Of a stretch of 64,000 nucleotides of DNA, positions 49,316 through 58,197 are shown in pieces. The position numbers were made by a program, and so were the translations under genes. Under the pieces are notes generated by a model that had not been told where the DNA came from, did no database searches, and saw only the letters and a program-made list of their open reading frames with translations. The stretch is from an uncultured bacterium (GTDB lineage Bacteria; Bacillota_I; Bacilli_A; RFN20; CAG-826). Every line of letters begins with the position of its first letter. The stretch's first letter is position 1. The DNA is taken from NCBI GenBank assembly GCA_949293255.1, contig CASFCL010000002.1:30395-94394 (forward strand). Reading direction: 5' to 3'.

Positions 49316-51154
49316 TTATCTCTCCTTTTTCTTTTTAACTAATATTAAATGCATTATTAAAGTTTGGATGATACTAAAGATAGCTCCACATAACCAATAA
49401 ACTCCCATTGCGCTTGGAAGTGTAAAGCCCATGAAGATGATCATACCAGTCATAAATATTTGTACCCATTTCATTGTTTTTTGTTGTTGGTTTTGAGATG
49501 GGCTAACGCCTAATTTTTGTATGTTTTTTGCTCTCTTTTTGCTTAAAATTTGAGGTAACATCATCGATACAATTTGAGCAGCAGACATTAATAAGATTAA
49601 TACTAAAGCTGTCCACCAACCCGCACTTGCTGGCCATCCTGCAAAGTTAGTTAATGTATTCCAAATTGTATCTGATAATCTTAATCCTAAAACTGCATCT
49701 CTAGATAAAGAAGCACTTCCGGTTAAGGCGTTCCAAACAGAAATAAATACTGGGAATTGAATAATAATTACTAAAAATGACGAGAATGGATGAACTTTAT
49801 GCTTTTTATATAAAGCCATTTGAGCTTGAGCATATCTTTGCTTTTCATAATCATTTGTAGTGTAATTTGGATATTTTTGTTGTAATTTTGCAAGTTCAGG
49901 TTGTAAATATTGCATTTTTTGAGTGCTTACTGTTGATGGGAATGTAACCAACATAAATAATCCTCTAACAATAAGTGTTACAAGTAAAACTGCTAAAATT
50001 TGTCCACCACCATTCATACCAAAGGCATGAGAGAATGTTTCAACCATTGTTGAAATTGGATAAACAAGTAAACCTTCTAAGAAACCATGTTGAGCAAAGG
50101 CATTTCCCCAACCTTCCCAGAAGTTAACAGCTTTTCCTTCAATTCTAACTGTATCTGAAAGTGGATCGTTTGAAGTATGTCCATAGAATCCATCTTCAAT
50201 TGTGATACAACTTCTAATGTTAGAAACTGTGTTATTTAAATTTGTTTGATAAGCAGATAAATAGTTGCTACTCATTGCTTGGTCATCTCCTAGAGTTTCT
50301 TGAATTTCTTTGTTCCAAGTTTCAATTTGTTCCCAAGCATCATATTCTTCACTTAAATTAGAATTATCAAATTTAAGATAACCTAACGTTGTTAAAAGTG
50401 AGTGATTCCTTCCAAAACCTGTCTCTCTAGTTCTTGAATCTTCAGGTTCACTTTCTTCTCCGCCTAATAAATAATTTAATTTTTCATCAGTTGGATTTTC
50501 TACATAATCTAAATAAGAAGAATATGAATAACCATATAAATCAGTAAAAGTAAGGTTTTCGCGTGTAATTTGACTATTTTCAAGCCATCCATAACCACAA
50601 GTAGAAGCATTGTTTAAAATTTTATCGATAACTTTTAAATCTAATTCTTCATAAAATGCTAAAGCAGGTGTTAAAACACCAGCACTTGCAGTTGAATTAA
50701 TAATAGAAGTTGAAAAAGAACTGAGACCAAAAGTTACATAACTATTGTAATTAGTTGATGATCCAGATTCGGTTTCAGTTGTTGTTTGATAGTAGATATT
50801 TTGTGGTTTTAAATAGACAAGATTATTGTTAAAAGTTCCGATAACATCGGATATATTTGCATCAGTAATAGCAACTTTTACTTTCTCCGTTCCGCTTTCG
50901 TTTAAGGAATAAATTTGAAGATCATTAATTGTTAAATTTTCACCATCAGTTACTCCATCAATGGTTTGAATTTGACTAATGATATAATCTTCAGCTTGTT
51001 CTTGAGTTTCAAAAAACCTTGTATTTATAGGGTCATAAGCATATCTAAAGTGTGCGGTGTCTTCGTTAGAACAGAATGAATTACAAGAAACTAAGATTCC
51101 AACTGTTGTAACTATTCCAACGATTCCGAGTGTTGTTTTAAGTGTTTTATTCAT
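49316..51154 (-). CDS. yidC: Membrane protein insertase with long lipoprotein-type N-terminal domain
   Basis: LVSC lipobox (Cys24), KMQYLQPELAKLQQKY, QFPVFISVW, LPSAMGVYW; rnpA-yidC-jag order. Confidence 0.93.
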   Translation of the reverse strand: MNKTLKTTLGIVGIVTTVGILVSCNSFCSNEDTAHFRYAYDPINTRFFETQEQAEDYIISQIQTIDGVTDGENLTINDLQIYSLNESGTEKVKVAITDANISDVIGTFNNNLVYLKPQNIYYQTTTETESGSSTNYNSYVTFGLSSFSTSIINSTASAGVLTPALAFYEELDLKVIDKILNNASTCGYGWLENSQITRENLTFTDLYGYSYSSYLDYVENPTDEKLNYLLGGEESEPEDSRTRETGFGRNHSLLTTLGYLKFDNSNLSEEYDAWEQIETWNKEIQETLGDDQAMSSNYLSAYQTNLNNTVSNIRSCITIEDGFYGHTSNDPLSDTVRIEGKAVNFWEGWGNAFAQHGFLEGLLVYPISTMVETFSHAFGMNGGGQILAVLLVTLIVRGLFMLVTFPSTVSTQKMQYLQPELAKLQQKYPNYTTNDYEKQRYAQAQMALYKKHKVHPFSSFLVIIIQFPVFISVWNALTGSASLSRDAVLGLRLSDTIWNTLTNFAGWPASAGWWTALVLILLMSAAQIVSMMLPQILSKKRAKNIQKLGVSPSQNQQQKTMKWVQIFMTGMIIFMGFTLPSAMGVYWLCGAIFSIIQTLIMHLILVKKKKER

Positions 51155-51485
51155 TGGTTTCCCCTTTGATAACTTTAAGTAATTCTGAAAGATTTTCTAA
51201 ATTACTTAAAAACTCTTCAGTGTCATAAGCTTTTGAAATTGTAACGACAAAATCATATTTTTCGCTAAATGTAAGAGTAGATGTAATAATTTCACGAACT
51301 TGTCTTTTGATTTTGTTTCTTCTTACTGCGTTTCCGTGTTTTTTAGTAATAAGGATTCCTACGCGTGAATAATCGAATTTTCTATCGTCAAAATAAACAG
51401 TAAATAATTTATTTCTTTTAAATTTTCTTTGATCGAGTATTTGTTTAAATTCGCGATATGTTTTTATTACATTCTTTTTCTTCAT
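51147..51485 (-). CDS. rnpA: RNase P protein component
   Basis: RVGILITKKHGNAVRRNKIKRQVRE. Confidence 0.96.
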   Translation of the reverse strand: MKKKNVIKTYREFKQILDQRKFKRNKLFTVYFDDRKFDYSRVGILITKKHGNAVRRNKIKRQVREIITSTLTFSEKYDFVVTISKAYDTEEFLSNLENLSELLKVIKGETNE

Positions 51486-51490
51486 TAAAA

Positions 51491-51631
51491 TTAAGCACTA
51501 ACAGTTAATGATTTTCTTCCTTTTGCTCTTCTTGCAGCTAAAACTTTTCTACCATTTGGTGTAGACATTCTTGCTCTAAATCCATGTGTTCTTAATTTAT
51601 GAATTTTGCTTGGTTGGTAAGTTCTTTTCAT
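51491..51631 (-). CDS. rpmH: 50S ribosomal protein L34 (not in the ORF track)
   Basis: Hand translation: [46 protein letters not shown]; SD GGAGG. Confidence 0.97.
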   Translation of the reverse strand: MKRTYQPSKIHKLRTHGFRARMSTPNGRKVLAARRAKGRKSLTVSA

Positions 51632-52090
51632 TTTTAATTTCCTCCATTTCGTTACGTAAAAATACGTGCAATAAATTATATATGTATTTATACATATAAG
51701 TCAAATTATAAAAAGTCATATTCTTAAAGTCAAAATGAAATCATATTCACACCTTTAATTTATAAAAATTGTTTAATTTTAATTTATTCACATTATGTGG
51801 AAAACTCAATTATTTTATGTTTAATATAATCTAAAACAAGCGATTTTATCGATATTTTTACAATGTGGAAAACTTTTAAAAATGTGCAATTTTTATCACA
51901 AATACACAATTTTCAACAGTGTAAATCTTTATTCACAAAGTTTTCCACATAAAAAGTTGTGGAAATTGCTTTTTTATCGATAAAATCATTGATTTTTATT
52001 AAGAAAAATGTGGACAAAATAATTTTGTGGTTTTTATCACTTTTTTTAATGTGTAAAAGTAGTAAAATTTTACACGAAAGGTTTTAAATT
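51632..52090. other. oriC part 1: DnaA-box cluster between rpmH and dnaA
   Basis: TTATTCACA 51784 and 51929, TGTGGAAAA 51796 and 51864, TTTTCCACA 51941; near matches at 51910, 51958, 52009. Confidence 0.9.
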
Positions 52091-53449
52091 ATGGCTTTAA
52101 ATACATTAAATGAGATCCAAAAACTTTGGTCTCGTGCATTAGAAGATTTAAAAAAGAAAATTAGTGACGTAAAAGTTTACGATGCTTTCTTTAAGACTGC
52201 TTATATTTATTCAATTGAAGGAAATAAGTTAGTTCTTGCTTGCGATTCAAAATTTGCTTTAACAATTTTGAAACAATACGCTGATTTAATTAAAGAAAGT
52301 ATTGATAAAGAATCTGGAAGTGATTTTCAAATTATTATTACTACTCAAGAAGATATCGAAAGTAAGCCTAAAGAAAAAATTATTGAAGAGAAACCTGTAT
52401 TTTTTAAGTCATCAATAGTTGATCCAAATTATACATTTGATAATTTTGTTGTTGGTTTATCAAATAAAGAAGCTTCTCAAGCAGGATTAATCGTTTCAGC
52501 TAACCCAGGAGATTTATATAATCCTTTATTTATATTTGGTGGAAGTGGATTAGGAAAAACGCATTTATTAAACGCAATTGGTAATCACATTAAAGAGACA
52601 AAACCTCTTAAAAAAATCCTTTGTATTACTGCTCAAGATTTCCTTTACCAATATCTTGAATATGTAAATAATTCGCAAAAAAATGAGGATTTAGCAGGGT
52701 TTATTAAAAATTTTGACGTGTTATTGCTCGATGATATTCAAATGTTAAATGATAAAAAGAAGACTCTTGAATTCTTCTTTGATATCTATCAATACTTCTT
52801 ACAAAACAAAAAATTAATCGTTCTCACAAGTGATAGATTGCCATCTGAACTTACCGGAATTGATGCTAGACTTGTCTCAAGATTTATGGATGGATTAACT
52901 GTTCAAATCACTCAACCAAATTCACAAATGTGTGAAGATATTCTTAAAAAGAAAATTGTTGGAGCAGGTTTAAGTTTAGATGAATTTGATGATGATGTAA
53001 TTTCGTTTGTAGCTGATAAATTTAAATCCACTGTTAGAGATCTTAATGGTGCATTAAATAGAATTATCTTCATTAAAAACCTTAGACACGCTGATCATAT
53101 CGACTTAGATTTAGCTACTGAAGCATTATCAAGCATCTTAAATGTTAGTAACGGTAAAAAATCAGTTAATGAATATAAAATTTTAAACACTGTTGGAAGT
53201 TATTACAATTTAAGCGTTCCTCAAATCACAGGAAAATTAAAAACAGGACAAATTGCTTTAGCTAGACATATTGCAATTTACTTAATTAGACAACAATTAG
53301 ACCTTCCACTTAAGAAAATTGGTGAATTGTTCTCTAATAGAGACCACACAACTATCATGTATAGTGTGTCTAAAGTAGATGAATTGTTGAAAACTAATGA
53401 ACAATATAAAATCGCTATCAACGAGATAAAAAAGCGATTAAACGGGTAA
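52091..53449 (+). CDS. dnaA: Chromosomal replication initiator
   Basis: YTFDNFVVG, YNPLFIFGGSGLGKTHLL, LLDDIQ, RDHTTIMY. Confidence 0.98.
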   Translation: MALNTLNEIQKLWSRALEDLKKKISDVKVYDAFFKTAYIYSIEGNKLVLACDSKFALTILKQYADLIKESIDKESGSDFQIIITTQEDIESKPKEKIIEEKPVFFKSSIVDPNYTFDNFVVGLSNKEASQAGLIVSANPGDLYNPLFIFGGSGLGKTHLLNAIGNHIKETKPLKKILCITAQDFLYQYLEYVNNSQKNEDLAGFIKNFDVLLLDDIQMLNDKKKTLEFFFDIYQYFLQNKKLIVLTSDRLPSELTGIDARLVSRFMDGLTVQITQPNSQMCEDILKKKIVGAGLSLDEFDDDVISFVADKFKSTVRDLNGALNRIIFIKNLRHADHIDLDLATEALSSILNVSNGKKSVNEYKILNTVGSYYNLSVPQITGKLKTGQIALARHIAIYLIRQQLDLPLKKIGELFSNRDHTTIMYSVSKVDELLKTNEQYKIAINEIKKRLNG

Positions 53450-53560
53450 AATTTGAATTCTAAGGTGTATAAAATTAGAGTTCTCCACCGTTTCAACAGA
53501 GGTTATTATTACTATTAATATTTAAAAATAAATTAATAAAAATATAAGAGGTAAGAAATT
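53450..53560. other. oriC part 2: probable unwinding element with two weak DnaA boxes and DnaA-trio-like run
   Basis: TTCTCCACC/GTTTCAACA at 53481-53498, then GAGG and TTATTATTACTATTAAT, then an AT-rich tract, as in the B. subtilis dnaA-dnaN spacer. Confidence 0.65.
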
Positions 53561-54685
53561 ATGAAATTTACAATTAAAAAAGACGAATTCCTAAAAGCAT
53601 TGTTAGTAGCTAACAAAGTTATTGGAGGTAAAATTGTTAATCCAGTTTATGTTAACTACAAAATTGAATTAGATGAAAGAGGATTAGTTATTACTTCTTC
53701 TAATTCAGAAATGTGTATTACTACTGTTGTTCCTTTCTATAAAAACAATTTAGAAGTTATTAGAGATGTAATCCCAGGAGGAACTTTAATAAACGCTAAA
53801 ACTTTAACAGAAATTATTAAATTGTCTAATGATGATGAAATTACTGTTGAAGATCTTGGTGATAATGAAATTAAAGTCTATTCCAAACATTCATACTACA
53901 ACTTACATTCAATAAGAATCGAAGAATATCCAGATATCGATTTTAATTTAAATGGAATAGAACTTGAGATGACATCAAAAGATTTTGTAGATGCAGTTAG
54001 CCAAGTTGCTTTCTCAGCTTCTACAAAAGATACAAAACCACTTTTAACCGCGATTAATGTTGAAGGAGCAAGCGAAACAATCACTTTTACAGCTACAGAT
54101 GGGTCTAGACTTGCAAAATCAACACTTCAAGTTGATGTTCAACAAAGATTCAATGTCAACATCCCAGCAAAAGCTATGGTCGAAGTTGCTAGAACAATTA
54201 CAACTGAAAAAGAAATTTATCTTTATGTTTCAGAAAAGAAAGTTATTTTCAAACTTGATAACGTATTGATTTCAAGTAGTTTAATCGTTGGTGACTATCC
54301 AAGAACAAATAACATTGTTCCAAAAGTCTTTAGCTACACACTTGAAGTCAATTCTCAAGAATTCTTAAGTGCAATGAATAGAGTTTCAATCTTCTCAACT
54401 GAAAGAGAAAATATTATTCATTTATCAATGAGTGAAAATAAAGTCAAAGTTTCCTCGAGATCTCAACAACTTGGATCAGGAGAAGAATCAATCTCATTAT
54501 TTAAATTCAACGGTGATGATTTTGAAATGTCATTCAATTGTGAATATGTTGCAAATGCTATCAGAGCATTGAGAAGTGAAGACGTAGTTTTAAGCTTTGT
54601 TGGTGAAATGAAGCCATTTACAGTATCAACAAAAGGCAATAAAAACGTTATTCAAGTTGTCACGCCTGTTAGAGCCTACTATTAA
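53561..54685 (+). CDS. dnaN: DNA polymerase III beta clamp
   Basis: MKFTIKK, ATDGSRLA, LIVGDYP, SFNCEYV, VVTPVR; follows dnaA. Confidence 0.96.
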   Translation: MKFTIKKDEFLKALLVANKVIGGKIVNPVYVNYKIELDERGLVITSSNSEMCITTVVPFYKNNLEVIRDVIPGGTLINAKTLTEIIKLSNDDEITVEDLGDNEIKVYSKHSYYNLHSIRIEEYPDIDFNLNGIELEMTSKDFVDAVSQVAFSASTKDTKPLLTAINVEGASETITFTATDGSRLAKSTLQVDVQQRFNVNIPAKAMVEVARTITTEKEIYLYVSEKKVIFKLDNVLISSSLIVGDYPRTNNIVPKVFSYTLEVNSQEFLSAMNRVSIFSTERENIIHLSMSENKVKVSSRSQQLGSGEESISLFKFNGDDFEMSFNCEYVANAIRALRSEDVVLSFVGEMKPFTVSTKGNKNVIQVVTPVRAYY

Positions 54686-54734
54686 AAATTTTGAAATTTA
54701 GGCCGTTTCCTTTTGATTTTTCTTTAAAATAACT

Positions 54735-54761
54735 TCCCTTTAATATATAATATTAAAGGGA
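54735..54761. promoter_or_regulatory. 12-bp inverted repeat spanning the -10 box and SD of yaaA-recF-gyrB-gyrA
   Basis: TCCCTTTAATAT-ATA-ATATTAAAGGGA; TATAAT at 54746-54751. Confidence 0.55.
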
Positions 54762-54767
54762 TTTTTT

Positions 54768-54995
54768 ATGGCTAGCGAGAATTACAAGGAAGTTAAAATC
54801 ACAACTGACTACATTACATTAGGTCAATTGCTTAAATTTTGTGATGTTATCGATAGTGGTTCATACGCAAAAATTTTTCTTAGTGAAAACACTGTTTTTG
54901 TTAATGGAACATTAACTTCTCAAAGAGGTAAAAAACTTTATCCAGGATCAAAAGTAATCATAAATAATTCGTTGTTTTTTGAAATAGTAAAATGA
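54768..54995 (+). CDS. yaaA: S4-domain protein YaaA
   Basis: YITLGQLLK...SGSYAK.FL..V.VNG...RGKKLY; position dnaN-yaaA-recF. Confidence 0.93.
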   Translation: MASENYKEVKITTDYITLGQLLKFCDVIDSGSYAKIFLSENTVFVNGTLTSQRGKKLYPGSKVIINNSLFFEIVK

Positions 54996-56071
54996 TTGTT
55001 GAATCTCTAACTTTAGAAAATTTTAGAAATTTTGACTCTTTAGAACTTAATTTTAATAAGGGTATTAATTTTATTTACGGACCTAACGGAAGTGGTAAAA
55101 CCAACCTTGTTGAAGCTATTTATTACTTGTCTTTAACTAGGAGCTTTAGGACAAATAATGAGGATTCACTTATTAATCTAAAAACTGATAATTTTAAAAT
55201 AAAAGCCAGGATTTGCAGGGATTTTTGTTCAAATTACGTATATATTTTCAAAAATAAAGAAGGAAAATATATTGAAATTAATAACAAAAACATTAAAAAA
55301 ATATCAGAAATTAATAAGAGTACAAACTGCTTAATTTTCAGTCCTAAAGATGTAAATTTATTGAAAGATTTACCTAAAGAAAGAAGAAATTTTATGAATC
55401 TATTGATCTCTAAAATTGATGATGAATATTTAAAAGATTTTATTCAATTCAATAAAATTTTGAAAAATAGAAACGCAATTTTAAAAGAAAATTCAATTGA
55501 TTTAAAACTTCTAAATGTAGTTACAAAACAACTCATCGAAGTTAGTAAAAAACTTTATTCGTTTAGAAAAAGATATTTAAAAAAACTTGATGAAGCTTTA
55601 AAAAACGCATATTCAAAAATTGCTAAAGATAAAAATAAACTTATCGAAATAGTTTATAAGCCAATTATAGATAATTTAGAAAGTTTTGAAGAAATAGCTA
55701 CTCGAATGTATAAAGATTCTTTAGAAGAAGATTTAAAAAAGAAAACTACTACAATTGGAGTTCATAAAGAAGACTTTATGATCAAAGTAAATGGTAAAAA
55801 TGTTGGAATGTATGGTTCTCAAGGAGAAAATCGTATTGCTACACTAGCATTAAAGTTGGCTCCTTATTACTTAAAAGAAAACAATAAACCAATAATTATT
55901 CTAGATGACGTTTTATCTGAATTAGATGATAAACATCAATCAAATTTACTATCAATGCTAAAAGATTTTGAACAAGTATTCATTACTTCAACCTTCAAAA
56001 TCGAAAATATACAAGAAAACATACGGTTTTTTAAGATAGATAACGCTAAATTTGTTAAGGAAGGAGCATAA
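54992..56071 (+). CDS. recF: DNA replication/repair protein RecF
   Basis: LENFRNF, GPNGSGKTN, SFRT, YGSQGE.R, LDDVLSELD. Confidence 0.96.
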   Translation: MIVESLTLENFRNFDSLELNFNKGINFIYGPNGSGKTNLVEAIYYLSLTRSFRTNNEDSLINLKTDNFKIKARICRDFCSNYVYIFKNKEGKYIEINNKNIKKISEINKSTNCLIFSPKDVNLLKDLPKERRNFMNLLISKIDDEYLKDFIQFNKILKNRNAILKENSIDLKLLNVVTKQLIEVSKKLYSFRKRYLKKLDEALKNAYSKIAKDKNKLIEIVYKPIIDNLESFEEIATRMYKDSLEEDLKKKTTTIGVHKEDFMIKVNGKNVGMYGSQGENRIATLALKLAPYYLKENNKPIIILDDVLSELDDKHQSNLLSMLKDFEQVFITSTFKIENIQENIRFFKIDNAKFVKEGA

Positions 56072-56074
56072 CCT

Positions 56075-58183
56075 ATGGAAGAAAAGAATGCAAAAGAACT
56101 AAATCAAACCGCTGAAAATGTTGAAGAAATCGAAAATCTAACAATTTCAGAAGATGAAGGTTTTGATGAACAAGAGAAAAATGTTGATTCTAAAATTGGT
56201 ACTGACATCATCAATATCGGAGATGAAAGACTTTTAGAAAAAGCTGATGAAAATTACGATTCTTCAAACATCGAAGTTTTAAGTGGTCTTGAAGCAGTTA
56301 GAAAAAGACCAGGTATGTACATCGGTACTACTTCTTCTACTGGTTTACACCATTTAATTTGGGAAATTGTCGATAACGCAATCGATGAAGCATTAGCTGG
56401 ATATTGTGATACAATTGAAGTGTTTTTAAACGAAGATAATACTGTTACTGTTACTGATAACGGAAGAGGAATTCCAATCGATACTGTTGAAAAAAGTGGT
56501 CTTTCAGGTGTTGAAACTGTCTATACGGTTTTACACGCAGGTGGAAAATTCGGTAAAGGCGGCGGCTATAAAGTTAGTGGCGGTTTACATGGCGTTGGTG
56601 CTAGTGTTGTTAATGCTCTTTCTACTAGAGTTGATGTCACTGTCCATAAAGATGGTGGAATTTATAACATCATTTTTGAAAACGGCGGTCACACAACTAA
56701 AAAACTAACTAGAATTGGTGATTGTGATGATCACGGAACTATCGTTACCTTTAAACCAGATCCTACAATCTTTAAAGAAACCACAATTTTTAATTATGAA
56801 ACAGTCAAAAACAGATTAAGACAAATGGCTTTCTTAAATAAAGGAGTCAAAATTATCTTAACCGATAGAAGAGATGATCCAAATACTGTTGAAGAATTCT
56901 GCTATCAAGGTGGTATTAAAGAATACGTTGAATTCATCAATAGAAATGCAACCAAAATTGAAAACGACATCATTTATTGTGAAGGTGCACAAAAATTCGA
57001 TGATAACGGCGAAGAAGAAATTATTTTAGTTGAAGTTGCTATGCAATATACAACAAGTTACAACAACACTATTCTTTCTTTCTGTAACAACGTTTCAACA
57101 GGAAACGGAGGTACTCATGAAGAAGGTTTCTCTTTAGCTTTGACTAGAATTTTTAATAACTACGCAAGAGAGTTTAAAGTTTTAAAAGATAACGATAAAG
57201 ATAAATTTACAATTGAAGACTGTAAAGAAGGCTTAACTGCTGTTATTTCAATTAAACATCCAAATCCACAATATGAAGGACAAACAAAAGGTAAATTAGG
57301 TAACCTTGAAGTTAAAAAGATTGCTTCAAATGTTGTCGGCGAACAATTAAATAAATATTTATTAGAAAATAAAGCTGAAGCTACTGCTATTTTAAGTAAG
57401 ATTAAATCAGCTTATGATGCTAGACTTGCAGCTAGAGCAGCAAAAGAAAATATTAGAAGAAAGAATGGTTTAGATATCACCACTCTTCCAGGAAAATTAA
57501 GTGATTGTGTCTCAAATAATCCTGAAGAATGTGAGTTATTTATTGTTGAAGGTAACTCCGCTGGAGGTAGTGCAAAAATCGGTAGAAATGTCAAAATCCA
57601 AGCTATTCTCCCATTAAGAGGAAAAATTCTTAATGTTCAAAAAGCTCAAATTCATAGAATTTTTGATAACGCTGAAGTTGGAAATATGATTTCTGCAATC
57701 GGTGCAGGATATGGTGAAGAGTTTGATATTACTAAAGCTAGATATCATAAAATTGTTATCATGACCGATGCTGATGTTGATGGTTCTCACATTAGAATTT
57801 TACTTTTAACATTCTTTAATAGATTTATGAAACCATTAATTGAACACGGTTATGTTTACATTGCTCAACCACCTTTATATAAGGTTGAATATAAAGGAAA
57901 AGATTACTATGCATACAGTGATGAACAATTAGAAGTTATTAGAAAAACACTTAATCTCAAGGTAGGTTTCTCCTATCAAAGATATAAAGGTCTTGGTGAA
58001 ATGGATCCAAAACAACTTGAAGAAACAACAATGGATCCAGAAAAGAGAAAGATGCTTAGAGTTACTGTTGAAGATGCAGCTCTTGCAGAACAAGTATTTA
58101 ACGATTTAATGGGTGAAGATGTTGAACCTAGAAGCGAATTCATTAAGAAAAATGCTAAATTCGTTAAGAATCTTGATATTTAA
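56075..58183 (+). CDS. gyrB: DNA gyrase subunit B with acidic N-terminal extension
   Basis: GLEAVRKRPGMYIG, DNAIDE, GGLHGVG, EGNSAGG, PLRGKILN, MTDADVDG. Confidence 0.97.
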   Translation: MEEKNAKELNQTAENVEEIENLTISEDEGFDEQEKNVDSKIGTDIINIGDERLLEKADENYDSSNIEVLSGLEAVRKRPGMYIGTTSSTGLHHLIWEIVDNAIDEALAGYCDTIEVFLNEDNTVTVTDNGRGIPIDTVEKSGLSGVETVYTVLHAGGKFGKGGGYKVSGGLHGVGASVVNALSTRVDVTVHKDGGIYNIIFENGGHTTKKLTRIGDCDDHGTIVTFKPDPTIFKETTIFNYETVKNRLRQMAFLNKGVKIILTDRRDDPNTVEEFCYQGGIKEYVEFINRNATKIENDIIYCEGAQKFDDNGEEEIILVEVAMQYTTSYNNTILSFCNNVSTGNGGTHEEGFSLALTRIFNNYAREFKVLKDNDKDKFTIEDCKEGLTAVISIKHPNPQYEGQTKGKLGNLEVKKIASNVVGEQLNKYLLENKAEATAILSKIKSAYDARLAARAAKENIRRKNGLDITTLPGKLSDCVSNNPEECELFIVEGNSAGGSAKIGRNVKIQAILPLRGKILNVQKAQIHRIFDNAEVGNMISAIGAGYGEEFDITKARYHKIVIMTDADVDGSHIRILLLTFFNRFMKPLIEHGYVYIAQPPLYKVEYKGKDYYAYSDEQLEVIRKTLNLKVGFSYQRYKGLGEMDPKQLEETTMDPEKRKMLRVTVEDAALAEQVFNDLMGEDVEPRSEFIKKNAKFVKNLDI

Positions 58184-58197
58184 GGAGGTAAATTAAA

